From the NCBI GenBank assembly GCA_963827655.1, contig CAWHCF010000006.1, positions 160,001 through 224,000 of the forward strand: 64,000 nt of DNA, in the 5' to 3' direction. This document shows, in pieces, positions 21,201-30,953 of the stretch. The notes beneath the pieces are model-generated. The model worked only from the letters and a program-made list of their open reading frames with translations, did no database searches and had not been told where the DNA came from. A program made the position numbers and the translations under genes. How positions within the stretch are numbered: position 1 is the first letter of the stretch; every line of letters begins with the position of its first letter. Source of the stretch: an uncultured Acidobacteriota bacterium (GTDB lineage Bacteria > Acidobacteriota > UBA6911).

Positions 21201-21935
21201 ATGCGCATACTTATTTCCAATGACGATGGAATCTATAGCCCCGGACTCTCGGCGTTGGCAGAGGTGGCTGCAAAGCTGGGCGACGTGCGGGTCGTTGCGC
21301 CCGACGTCGAGCAGTCTTCCACTGGCCACGCCATCACCGCCTCGCGCCCGCTCTCTTACAAGCGCACACGGATCGGGAATTTTGAAGCTTATCGAGTCAA
21401 TGGCACGCCCGCAGACTGCGTGGCCCTGGGAGCTTATCACTGGGACAAAGTGGACGTCGTGCTTTCGGGGATTAATTTAGGCAGCAACCTGGGGAACTCG
21501 ATGTGGCATTCAGGCACCCTGGCCGCAGCCAAGCAGGGCGTCCTGCTAGGATTGCGCGGGATCGCTCTCAGTCTCGAAATCACGCGCGACGAGCCGAACT
21601 TTGATATTTTGAAGCCACACGTGGAACGGGTTCTTCGGCTCCTCCTGGAAGATAACCAGCTGACGCTGGTCAACGTAAACTTTCCCGATGAACCGCCGAA
21701 CGGCTTGCGCTGGACGCGCCAATCGGTCAGGCACTACGATGGCAAGGTTGTGCCGGGTGAAGACCCGCTGGGCCGGAAGCACTTTTGGTTCAGTATCATC
21801 ACGATCGAGCAGACGGAGGAGGGTACTGACCGCTGGGCGGTTGACCAGGGTTACGTGTCGATGACTCCGCTGCGTCTCGATCTGACCAACGAAAAAGAAC
21901 TGGTCGGCGCACGGTCGAGACATCCCCTCGATTGA
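21201..21935 (+). CDS. surE: 5'/3'-nucleotidase SurE
   Basis: ILISNDDGI, VAPDVEQS, GTPADCV, SGINLGSN, SGT. Confidence 0.95.
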   Translation: MRILISNDDGIYSPGLSALAEVAAKLGDVRVVAPDVEQSSTGHAITASRPLSYKRTRIGNFEAYRVNGTPADCVALGAYHWDKVDVVLSGINLGSNLGNSMWHSGTLAAAKQGVLLGLRGIALSLEITRDEPNFDILKPHVERVLRLLLEDNQLTLVNVNFPDEPPNGLRWTRQSVRHYDGKVVPGEDPLGRKHFWFSIITIEQTEEGTDRWAVDQGYVSMTPLRLDLTNEKELVGARSRHPLD

Positions 21936-21997
21936 GCATGGGCGCTACTTTCTTAAGCTGTGCGGTCTTGCTTGGGTATTCACCGTGTGGGAGCCAA

Positions 21998-22340
21998 ATG
22001 ATCAACATCGGCGATCCGCTGGCGGCCTTCATCGAGGCCGCATGTGTTCCACTCGACAGCGGGCACGCTTCCGGCACTGCACGTTGCGGCCTGGCGAGCA
22101 AGCCACGCGACCGTGAAACTGCTCATCGAACGCGGAGCGCCGGTCGACATGCCGGACGGCAAAGGGCGAACCCCTTTGGCTCTTGCCGTACGTGCGTGCG
22201 TGGATTCGTATTGGACTGAGAGGCGTTCGCCCGAATCCGTTCAGGCGCTGCTCCGTGCAGGAGCGTCGGTGAGCGGAGTCCTTTTCCCATCAGGCTATGC
22301 GGAAGTGGACGACCTGCTCAGATCGCAAGGAAGGTCGTAA
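21998..22340 (+). pseudogene. Internally deleted ankyrin-repeat protein remnant
   Basis: An N-terminal piece (MINIGDPLAAFIEAACVPLDSGHASGT) is fused out of frame at GGCACTGCAC to the last ankyrin repeats (ALHVAAWR..LLIERGA..GRTPLALAV). Confidence 0.7.
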
Positions 22341-22447
22341 TGGATGACAAGAAACCCCCGCCCCAGCCTGTGGATAACTGCCCATCCCGCCCCTCGCGCG
22401 CTGCCGAAGACTGGGAGTGAATTAGCCGCTTAGGGTCGCGGCTTCGG

Positions 22448-23338
22448 CTATTTATCCCCGCCCCGCTTTTTCTTGAGGTATTCCTCGTACTCTTTCTTCA
22501 AGGCCGGATCTTTAGGACTCGGATAGAGGTCGCTCGATTTGTACTTGCCTGTGAGCATCTTCTCCTTGGTCCACTCGTCTTTGATCTGAGTCGTTTCCGC
22601 GCGCTTCACTACATCCTCCACCAGGTGGGGCGGAATGAAATAGACTCCTTCCCGGTCCCCAAACACGACGTCGCCCGGCATAACGGTAGCGTTGCCGATC
22701 CTGATGGGAACATTCACTCCGGTCAGCATGACATTACCGATCGCCGACGGGTGAACCCCCCGGAAATATCCGGCCATTTCCAGCGGGTAAATTCCTTCCA
22801 GGTCGCGGATTGATCCATCGATGACGAACCCGGTTTTGGTGGCGGCGAAGATTGCGGCAGCGAGATTATCCCCGATGAAGGTGCCGTTCTCGACCTTTCC
22901 GAAGAGGTCGACCACCACGACATCGTCCGGCTGCAGCATGTCGATCACGCGCTGGTTTGAGCTCTGCATCAATCCACGCGCCTTCGCGTCGGCTTCAATG
23001 ACGCCCGCCACGTCGGGTCTGAGCGGCATAAACTGAGCGGTAACCGCGCGGCCTGCCAGCTTCCGCCCCGGATGAAGCACGCGCCAGTTGCCTTCGAACT
23101 GGTTGGGAAATTTCGCGCCCGGCAGAACCGAGAAAACCTCTTCCGCGGTGAGCCCTTTCACTTTCTCCAGCAGGCGTTCAGGAACCTTCGGCCTTCCGTC
23201 TTCAAATCGCTCGAACGGGTTCTGCGACGTGTACTTGACCATCTGCTCCTGGGTAAAAGTGAAAACCTGAGCCTCACCCGGCAGAGACAAAGCCAGGACA
23301 GAACACAAAATCATCCAAACTTGCACGAGAGATTTCAT
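22448..23338 (-). CDS. RraA family protein (HMG/CHA aldolase-like) with Sec signal
   Basis: Signal peptide; GRAVT, IGDNL, IDGSIRD, VMPGDVVFGDREGV. Confidence 0.85.
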   Translation of the reverse strand: MKSLVQVWMILCSVLALSLPGEAQVFTFTQEQMVKYTSQNPFERFEDGRPKVPERLLEKVKGLTAEEVFSVLPGAKFPNQFEGNWRVLHPGRKLAGRAVTAQFMPLRPDVAGVIEADAKARGLMQSSNQRVIDMLQPDDVVVVDLFGKVENGTFIGDNLAAAIFAATKTGFVIDGSIRDLEGIYPLEMAGYFRGVHPSAIGNVMLTGVNVPIRIGNATVMPGDVVFGDREGVYFIPPHLVEDVVKRAETTQIKDEWTKEKMLTGKYKSSDLYPSPKDPALKKEYEEYLKKKRGGDK

Positions 23339-23580
23339 GGCTAACGCTCCAAGAAATTCAGTTCACTTAGTGCGCTCGAGTAACCTGGTTGGGGCTGACG
23401 TCCGGATATTAACACCTGAAGCCCGCGGAGTCCCCAAGAAAGCTTGCGGCTTTGGGCTGGGTTGTTTCGCCTCGCTAACGACCAGGACGCGAGGACCCAA
23501 ACAAGCATCTTAACGAGAACTCACTTCTCGGCTATACTCAGGCACCTTTTGATGGCAATGAATCCCTAAAAGGAGGAGTC

Positions 23581-24948
23581 ATGGAGCGACGCGAAGCTTT
23601 GCGGTGGCTTTCGGCTGGAGCAGGTATCGGAGGCGCAAGTCTATTCTCTCAGCGGAGCCCTTTGGCCGAGTTGTGGGCCCAGGAAAAGCCGGCTTCTACT
23701 CGAGGCCTTCCTCCTCTGAAGATCACGGATATTAAAACCATCCTGACCGCGCCCAACCGGATCCGGCTGGTGGTCGTGAAAGTGATGACCAGCGAGCCGG
23801 GCCTTTACGGGCTCGGTTGCGCGACGTTCACCCAACGCGCCTATGTTGTTCAGACCGCCGTCGATCAGTACCTCAAGCCCTTCCTGGTAGGACGCAACCC
23901 GGATGAAATCGAGGACATCTGGCAGTCTTCCTATGTCAGCTCGTACTGGAGAAATGGGCCGGTGTTGTTCAATGCCATGAGCGGGGTCGACATGGCGCTA
24001 TGGGATATCAAGGGCAAGCGCGCCAACATGCCGGTATACCAGCTGCTGGGCGGGAAATGCCGCTTCGGCGCCGACCTTTATTTTCACGCCAGCGGCCGCG
24101 ATTTCCAGGAGGTGGAAAACAGCGCCCGGAAAGCGATGGAAAGCGGATACCGGCACGTGCGCGTCCAGGTTTCAGTTCCAGGCCTGGCGACTTACGGTGC
24201 CAGGGGGGCGGCCGGCGCCTCCGAGCAGGACGAGGCCGTCGGCCCTACCAATCCCAGGGCCATCTGGGAACCCGCCGCCTACGCGCGGATGCTTCCCAAG
24301 CTGTTCGAGCATCTGCGCAGCAAGCTGGGAGACGAAGTGGAACTCCTTCACGACGTGCATGAACGCGTCACTCTTTACCAGGGGATTCAGCTGTGCAAAG
24401 ATCTGGAGAAATACAAGCTGTTCTTCCTCGAGGATCCGTTTCCACCGGAGGAGAACGATCATTTTCGACTGCTGCGCCAGCAGTGCAGCACTCCGCTGGC
24501 AATGGGAGAGTTGTTCAATACCCAGCACGAATACGCTCCCCTGATCGCGAATCGGCTGATTGATTTCATTCGAATCCACATCTCGCAGATTGGCGGTTTA
24601 AGCATGGCAAGGAAGGTGGCCGCCCTGTCCGAATTCTTTGGGGTGAAGACCGCGTGGCATGGACCAGGAGACTGCTCGCCTGTGGGGCATGCGGCCGGGC
24701 TGGCGCTGGAACTGGCGAGCTACAACTTCGGAATCCACGAAGGGTACGTATTTCCGCCGGAAACGCGCGAGGTTTTTCGGGGCTGTCCGGAGACGAAGAA
24801 TGGCTACATGTACGCGAACGAAGCTCCGGGATACGGGATCGACGTGGACGAGAAGCTGGCCGCGAAGTTTCCCTTCCCGGAGGGCCGCACTTTCGATCAC
24901 AGCTGGGGGACGACGCGGCGCCGCGACGGCACCGTGATCCGACCATAA
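23581..24948 (+). CDS. RspA/ManD-like sugar-acid dehydratase (enolase superfamily) with Tat-like signal
   Basis: AGGAGG RBS; MERREALRW; YWRNGP, DMALWDIKGK, LLHDVHER, FLEDP, MGE, WHGPGD. Confidence 0.9.
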   Translation: MERREALRWLSAGAGIGGASLFSQRSPLAELWAQEKPASTRGLPPLKITDIKTILTAPNRIRLVVVKVMTSEPGLYGLGCATFTQRAYVVQTAVDQYLKPFLVGRNPDEIEDIWQSSYVSSYWRNGPVLFNAMSGVDMALWDIKGKRANMPVYQLLGGKCRFGADLYFHASGRDFQEVENSARKAMESGYRHVRVQVSVPGLATYGARGAAGASEQDEAVGPTNPRAIWEPAAYARMLPKLFEHLRSKLGDEVELLHDVHERVTLYQGIQLCKDLEKYKLFFLEDPFPPEENDHFRLLRQQCSTPLAMGELFNTQHEYAPLIANRLIDFIRIHISQIGGLSMARKVAALSEFFGVKTAWHGPGDCSPVGHAAGLALELASYNFGIHEGYVFPPETREVFRGCPETKNGYMYANEAPGYGIDVDEKLAAKFPFPEGRTFDHSWGTTRRRDGTVIRP

Positions 24949-25553
24949 ACCGATTCCCGATTGGGATTACAGATTAACTCGGCTCCGCGATTCGCGACGA
25001 GCAAGCTACCGCACTCCAAGGTCGCCCGTGAAATGGCCAAACTCAGGCCCCGCTCCGTGAGGGCGGGGGAGTGCGCGACCCCGAATCCGAGGTCCGAGGA
25101 CCGGCACTCCGACTGTGTCAATCGATCGATTCGCCGCAGTCCTCTTCTCCCTTCTTGGCAACTAAACTCGCGCGAGATCTGGCCCGGCATGCGCTCGGCA
25201 GATGGGCACCACCGACGACCGGCTCTCGATCCAACTCGTTCATGGGCCCGCAAGATCGTGAACCGAAGTTTCCCTTGTAATTTAGCCTGAGCCTGTCCTA
25301 TTCTCGGTCCGCAATTTCCCCCAGTCCCCCATCGATTCACCGGCAACGCGCGCCGGCCAGGTACTATGCCCACGTAATGCCCATGCATATCCCCTTCAAC
25401 GGGCGAGCTCGCTGGTTTCGTCGCTAGTGTGTCGGGGAAAACTTCGACGGAAGCGCGGGGCATTCTCGACAGCTCCGATTGATGTAAAACGGCAGACTGT
25501 TAGGTCTAGCTTTCCGATAGTTACGGCAAAATTTATTGGCGGATAAGGGGAGC

Positions 25554-26291
25554 ATGTCAGGGCTGCGGTTGGTCAATGACCTGAAGCGAGTCCGGGAAAC
25601 TCTCACGCAGCAGGCCTTACGGATTGCGCCGACACGTCTCTATCGCGAATACACACATCGAAGGTTCGATCGCACTTACGGATTAGAGACATGTGGCATC
25701 GTTGAAGCTCATGATCTTGACGTTCCGCTGACAATCAAACAGCATGTGAAACGATACCAGCCTTCAAGGATTAAGGTACTCAGACATATCCTCAATCAGA
25801 TACCTGTTTCTAACGGATTTACATTTATCGATTTTGGCTCCGGGAAGGGACGAGCATTGCTGATCGCTACCGCTCACGGATTCAAGCGGGCTATCGGCAT
25901 CGAAATTTCGCCCAGCCTTCATAAGATCAGCCAGGAAAATGTTCGGAAGTATAGGGCGGAAACAGGCATAGATTGCAACATCGAGTTGCACTGTATGAAT
26001 GTCACCGAGTTTGTATTACCCGCGGAACCGGCTTTATTCTATTTCTATAACCCTTTTGACCGAGAGATAACCGCAACGGTCCTGAAAACCATCGAACAAT
26101 CTCTCAGGGCGAAGCCGCGAGCGGTCTTTCTCGTGTACGTCTTCCCCCTGTGTATTGATCTCTTGGAATCAGCCAAGTTCCTGCGGTTGGAAGGGCAAGG
26201 CAAGATCTGCGGTGACCACTATCGCATATACAAATCACATGGCTCATTCCAGCCTTCATCACACTCTGAAGCGGCTGCTTCAGGCACATGA
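25554..26291 (+). CDS. Class I SAM-dependent methyltransferase
   Basis: FIDFGSGKGRAL, GIEIS, YFYNPF; RBS AAGGGGAG. Confidence 0.88.
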   Translation: MSGLRLVNDLKRVRETLTQQALRIAPTRLYREYTHRRFDRTYGLETCGIVEAHDLDVPLTIKQHVKRYQPSRIKVLRHILNQIPVSNGFTFIDFGSGKGRALLIATAHGFKRAIGIEISPSLHKISQENVRKYRAETGIDCNIELHCMNVTEFVLPAEPALFYFYNPFDREITATVLKTIEQSLRAKPRAVFLVYVFPLCIDLLESAKFLRLEGQGKICGDHYRIYKSHGSFQPSSHSEAAASGT

Positions 26292-26298
26292 TGCGACC

Positions 26299-27165
26299 AT
26301 GAAACCTCGTTCGAAGCTTGCCCGCGGAGACCGCCTGGAAATTCTAGGTGGGGCATGGAGAGACGGTATCGAGGCGACGTCGTCGCCTCCACGAGACATC
26401 CCGGGCTGCCATGTCACCGTGGTCATTGTAACTTGCGGTCGCCCTGAGTTGCAGCAGGCGATAGAGAGCGTCGGGCGGCAAGATTTTACGGGTACCATAC
26501 GCCTCTTGATCGTTGGGGATGACTGCCCGGGCCTACCGGCCGATGTCCAGGCCCCAACTCACGTCAAGCCAGCCGTCTGTAACCTGAAGAGCATGAAGTT
26601 ATGTCGGGAGGGCAATCCCTACCGTCGCGTGGCGAGATTGAGAAACGTCGCCAGTCGACTGGTGACCACACAGTTCTTCTGCTTCCTGGATGATGACAAT
26701 TTCTGGGAAGAGGAACATCTTTCAACGCTGATGCGTTTGATCGAACAGACGCGGTTGCTCGCTGTGCATAGCTGGCGGCGATTGGTAAATCGGCATGGGG
26801 AGCCAATCGTGCCCGATCGCTATCTCTGGTTGCCTCCAGGCCCGCAGGCCAGCCAGCTGTTCTCTCTATACTGCGAACACGGGGTCATGAACCCGACGGA
26901 TTCCGTCATCCGGGATAGCCCGATGCTTCGCGTCGGTGATCACAACTACGGTATGGTCGACATGGGAGAATGGTTGTTTGACCGGCGGCTGTTTTCAGTC
27001 GTCCAGTTCAACGAAGAGGGGTCATCGGGAAAGCAGCAACTGCATAGCGGCGAAGACGATAAGCTTCTGCACGACATGCGGCGGCTGGCGATTCCGGTGG
27101 CGTGTACCGAAAAACCGACATTAGTCTACCGATTAGGTGGGTTTTCCAATGCGTTTACCCAATAG
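26299..27165 (+). CDS. Glycosyltransferase family 2 (GT-A)
   Basis: VTVVIVTCGRP, IVGDD, RLRN, FLDDDN, GEDD; the start is inferred. Confidence 0.8.
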   Translation: MKPRSKLARGDRLEILGGAWRDGIEATSSPPRDIPGCHVTVVIVTCGRPELQQAIESVGRQDFTGTIRLLIVGDDCPGLPADVQAPTHVKPAVCNLKSMKLCREGNPYRRVARLRNVASRLVTTQFFCFLDDDNFWEEEHLSTLMRLIEQTRLLAVHSWRRLVNRHGEPIVPDRYLWLPPGPQASQLFSLYCEHGVMNPTDSVIRDSPMLRVGDHNYGMVDMGEWLFDRRLFSVVQFNEEGSSGKQQLHSGEDDKLLHDMRRLAIPVACTEKPTLVYRLGGFSNAFTQ

Positions 27166-28243
27166 CCAGCCACTGACACGCGAAACAAACCGCACCCTGA
27201 ACCTCGACGAGTTCGTTAGAGGGAAGGTGTCTTTGGAGAGCTGGCCGCGTTATGTCGTGGTCGAATTGACCCAAGGATGCAATTTGCGCTGTCCCATGTG
27301 TCGGCCCGATTACATCATCCCCCGTCAGAGATCAATGTCCGACCGTCTGTTCGAGGAGGTTGGACAGCAATTGTTTCCATTGGCTGAAATGGTCGATCTG
27401 CGAGGCTGGGGAGAGAGCCTCATTCTGCCCGATATCGCTCAGCGCATCCGCACGGTGGCGGAGCACGGCGCCAAGATCCGATTCGTCACAAACCTTGCCT
27501 ACCGGCGCGATAACGTGCTCGAGACGGTCGCTACCTATGACTGCTATGTGGCGGTCTCGATGGACACCTCCGACCCCGAACTGTTCACACAGCTTCGGGG
27601 TGGGGCGCGTTTCGACGTCGTCTCGCGCAACCTCGATATTCTGGTCCAAGGATTCCGTCGGCAATATGGTGACGAGGAACGAGTGTACTTTACCACCACG
27701 GTTCAGCGGCCTGCACTCGAATCCCTTCCGGATTTGATTGACTTTGCAGCCTCGAAGGGCATCCATGAAGTCCGGATGTTCACGGTAAGGGCTGATTCGT
27801 GTCCCGAACTTTCCCTGGAATCAGCGACTGACGAAGTGGACCGTATGCTCCATGAGGCCGCGCAACGTGCACAGCGTGTCGGCGTGAAGCTGGTCGCCGG
27901 GACGCGGTTGGGGTCCTTGCCGGAAAACCCGCTCACCGTTCCCACCTGCATCCACCCTTGGGCCTATGCCTATATCGCCTACGATGGCGCCGTTGGCTTT
28001 TGTGATCACTTGATCGGTGAGTCTGGCACACCATACCAGTTAGGCAATCTGCATGACTCCTCCTTTGCCAGCATTTGGAACGGGGCTGCTTGGACCGAAC
28101 TCCGACGCGAGCACGTGACGAGCCGGGAGCCGTCTGCGGCTTATTTTCACGAATGCAGCTGGTGTTACAAGAATCGCTACATCGATTTTGAACATCTGTT
28201 CGATCCGGACGCGACCAGTCGTATCGTGCAACTTGAGTTATAA
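27149..28243 (+). CDS. Radical SAM enzyme with twitch/SPASM-type C-terminal domain
   Basis: CNLRCPMC, GWGES; C-terminal CIHPW...DGAVGFC...LGNL...IWNG...CSWC. Confidence 0.92.
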   Translation: MRLPNSQPLTRETNRTLNLDEFVRGKVSLESWPRYVVVELTQGCNLRCPMCRPDYIIPRQRSMSDRLFEEVGQQLFPLAEMVDLRGWGESLILPDIAQRIRTVAEHGAKIRFVTNLAYRRDNVLETVATYDCYVAVSMDTSDPELFTQLRGGARFDVVSRNLDILVQGFRRQYGDEERVYFTTTVQRPALESLPDLIDFAASKGIHEVRMFTVRADSCPELSLESATDEVDRMLHEAAQRAQRVGVKLVAGTRLGSLPENPLTVPTCIHPWAYAYIAYDGAVGFCDHLIGESGTPYQLGNLHDSSFASIWNGAAWTELRREHVTSREPSAAYFHECSWCYKNRYIDFEHLFDPDATSRIVQLEL

Positions 28244-28276
28244 CGCGGTCCGATCTCACCCTCGGTATTTGCGACA

Positions 28277-29777
28277 ATGACGGTCGATGTTCTGCACGTG
28301 GTCTGTTCGGCAACACTCGGCGGCGGCGTACGGGCGATGGTCGCGGCCGCCAAGTATTCGGCCGCGCAGGGCGACTTTCGGCATCATGTCGCTTTCCTGA
28401 TGCCTCCGGAAGACGCGGTAACAACATTTGTCCGCAGAGAAGGGCTCGAAGTCCTGGCTGGATGGGATTTTGACGCGCTAAGACGGCTCTTGCCCGCCTA
28501 CGATATCATCCAGGTCGAGTGGTGGAACATGCCGCAACTCGACGTGTTCCTACGGAGCGATCTCCCGGCCATGCGACTGCTTAGCTGGGTACACGTCGGC
28601 GGTCATCACCCGCCGCAGCTGATTCCGCCGCAGCTCATCGAATTCAGCGACTTTGTCCTGGCGTCCAGCCCTCACTGTTATCAGGCCGATGCCTTTCAGC
28701 GCCTCTCCTGCGAACAGCGCCGCAATCAAGACCGACATGATCTACGATGCTGCGGATTTTGCGCGGCTGGAGAATCTGAAACCAAGACGCACCAATCGAT
28801 TCACGGTTGGATACATCGGGTTACTCGAATTCAAAAAACTCCATGCAGACTTCGTTGCCATGAGCGCGGGAATCAAAGTGCCGGATATCCAGTTTATCGT
28901 CTGCGGCACGGGCGTTGAGGATACCCTTCGAGAGCAAGTGCGAAGGTTGGGCGTCGAGGAACGGTTTATCTTTCGTGGCTACGTGGATGATATCGGTCCT
29001 GAGATCGAGACTTTCGACATTTATGGCTATCCAGTCTGTGAAGATACCTATGCGTCCGGTGAACTGAATCTGCAAGAAATCATGTATGCCGGGGTGCCCC
29101 CGGTGGTGTTCCCTTATGGGGGAATTCGCGATCTCGTGATCGATCAATTCACCGGCCTTGTGGCGACCAATCAGTGCGAATACCGTCGGGCCGTCGAGTT
29201 CCTTTATCACCACCCCCAGGAACGGCAGCGGCTCGGCCGCAACGCACAGGCCTATGCACGCCAAATCTTCGGCGCTGAGAATGCTGCGAACAAGTTCAAC
29301 CGTACGTATAGCGAGCTTATGCGAGCGCCGAAGCGAATGCGCCGCTGGCCGGATGGGGCAACACTTGAAGGAATTTCAGATGCCGATCGAGGCGCGGCAG
29401 CCTTGATGGCATTCCTCGGACCCAGCAAGTCGGTGTTTGAGCAAAGCATGGTGGGAACTGACATCACCGCTCTGTTCGCCGCGGACCATGAGATCGCCCA
29501 CTCGACATCACAATTACTCGAAGGCGGGATCCTCACCTACCGCGATTATTATCCAGATGACCGTTATCTTCGATTCTGGGCCGGCCTGGTCTACCTCCAA
29601 AACGGTCTGTTAAACCAGGCTTACACTGAGCTGGACAAGGCCATTGAGTTGGGTTGTTCGCACTGGCGGATCAAATGGTATTTGGCAAAGACTGCGACAC
29701 GGATGGGACGGCAAGGTTCGGCCACGGAGCTGATGCTCGACGTGTTGATTCAGGCTCCGGATTTCTTGGGATCGTAG
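28277..29777 (+). CDS. Glycosyltransferase family 4 with C-terminal TPR-like helices (+1 indel at about 28727)
   Basis: ORFs 28277..28918 and 28653..29777 join as EQRRN-KTDMIYD; GGGVR, FRGYVDD, QEIMYAGVPPV. Confidence 0.8.
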
Positions 29778-29875
29778 CCATTTCAGTACCAGGCTCGAGC
29801 GGCCCTCGCGTGGCCTGAATTCTGGAAGGATTTCGCGTCCACTCACGATTATGCCAGTCGCCTTTGAGTGACATC

Positions 29876-30910
29876 ATGCACAAATCAGCCATCGACATCG
29901 GCGTAATGGCGCTCAGGGACATTGTACGGTCGATCGACCCGACTTGGAACTTAACCGGCTTCAGAAATGTTGAGGCAGGAATCATCAATCCCGTATACGA
30001 GCTGACCGTTGAGCCTTATGGATGTCTCATCCTCAAGATCGGCCATCCTGAATGGAACTCGTGGAAGGTCAAGAATGAGGTTTTGGCCTCAGGTTTGATC
30101 CGACTGGTGGCGCGGGCACCTACCGCAGGCATTCTGTCCGTTGATACGTCTAAACGCATTCTGCCCTACAGCTACTTTGTGATGGAACGGCTGGCGGGAT
30201 GTTCGTTGCGCGAGGTGATCAACCAATTACCGCTTGACCAGGTACAGCAAATCGTCCGGAGCATCGCGGTATACCTGAAGCGCATCCATGCCATCAAAAT
30301 GCCCCGCTTCGGTGCGCTCCGGCACGACGGATCCCTGGAGGTCGAGGATATGATCACGCTCCGCCAGCGATCTCCGATGACCTTTGCCGGCCCTTTTGAT
30401 TCTGTGCGGGAGTATTACGCCGCCTTCGCCGAAGCGCGGTGGCAGAATCTCCAAATCAGTCAACTCAAACGAGAGGCTGCTTTGCTATATCAATTCATCC
30501 GTGACCGCCTCGATCTACTGGCGGGTCAGGCCGGGGCAAATCTGGTCCACGGTGACTTCCAACCTTCAAATATCTTTGTCGAAGGGGTAACTGTGACCGG
30601 AATCATCGACTGCGAGTGGGCCCATGCGGGTTGTGGCGAAGCCGAATGGTTCGTGGCCAGGCAGCGGCTGCTAGCGGTGATCGACGATCCCATACGTTGC
30701 GCCACATGCGCCCAAGAGTTTGATGCTCAGTGCAATATTATGGATCCTGTGCAATACCGCGAGCGGTGCATGCTCTATGAAGCGGACGATTGCTTGAATT
30801 CAATCGAGGCGTTTCCATGGCTGACCCAAAGTATGGATGCTCACGGCGCGCAACAGCTCGAGGAAAGTATCCGCGCCAGGACCAGCGCCTTGGAGCGGGC
30901 GTACGTCTGA
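29876..30910 (+). CDS. Aminoglycoside phosphotransferase (APH/choline kinase-like) family protein
   Basis: GIINPVY, ILKI, VMERLAG, LVHGDFQPSNIFV, GIIDCE. Confidence 0.85.
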   Translation: MHKSAIDIGVMALRDIVRSIDPTWNLTGFRNVEAGIINPVYELTVEPYGCLILKIGHPEWNSWKVKNEVLASGLIRLVARAPTAGILSVDTSKRILPYSYFVMERLAGCSLREVINQLPLDQVQQIVRSIAVYLKRIHAIKMPRFGALRHDGSLEVEDMITLRQRSPMTFAGPFDSVREYYAAFAEARWQNLQISQLKREAALLYQFIRDRLDLLAGQAGANLVHGDFQPSNIFVEGVTVTGIIDCEWAHAGCGEAEWFVARQRLLAVIDDPIRCATCAQEFDAQCNIMDPVQYRERCMLYEADDCLNSIEAFPWLTQSMDAHGAQQLEESIRARTSALERAYV

Positions 30911-30953
30911 CAATTCATCCTTTGGGCCATTTCTCGATCAATACTCCGAGCAC

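Noticed and set aside
22369-22377. Perfect DnaA box (TGTGGATAA)
   Set aside because: It is a single copy with no AT-rich unwinding region or replication genes, so it could be chance.
24949-25553. RiPP precursor or structured ncRNA upstream of the radical SAM island
   Set aside because: The small ORFs lack an RBS or precursor-like features and no recognisable riboswitch was found. Only a half REP-like motif (GCAAGCTACCGCACTCCAAG at about 25001) was seen.
29876-30910. Calling the kinase an antibiotic-resistance gene
   Set aside because: The motifs support only the broad APH/choline-kinase fold; the substrate is unknown.
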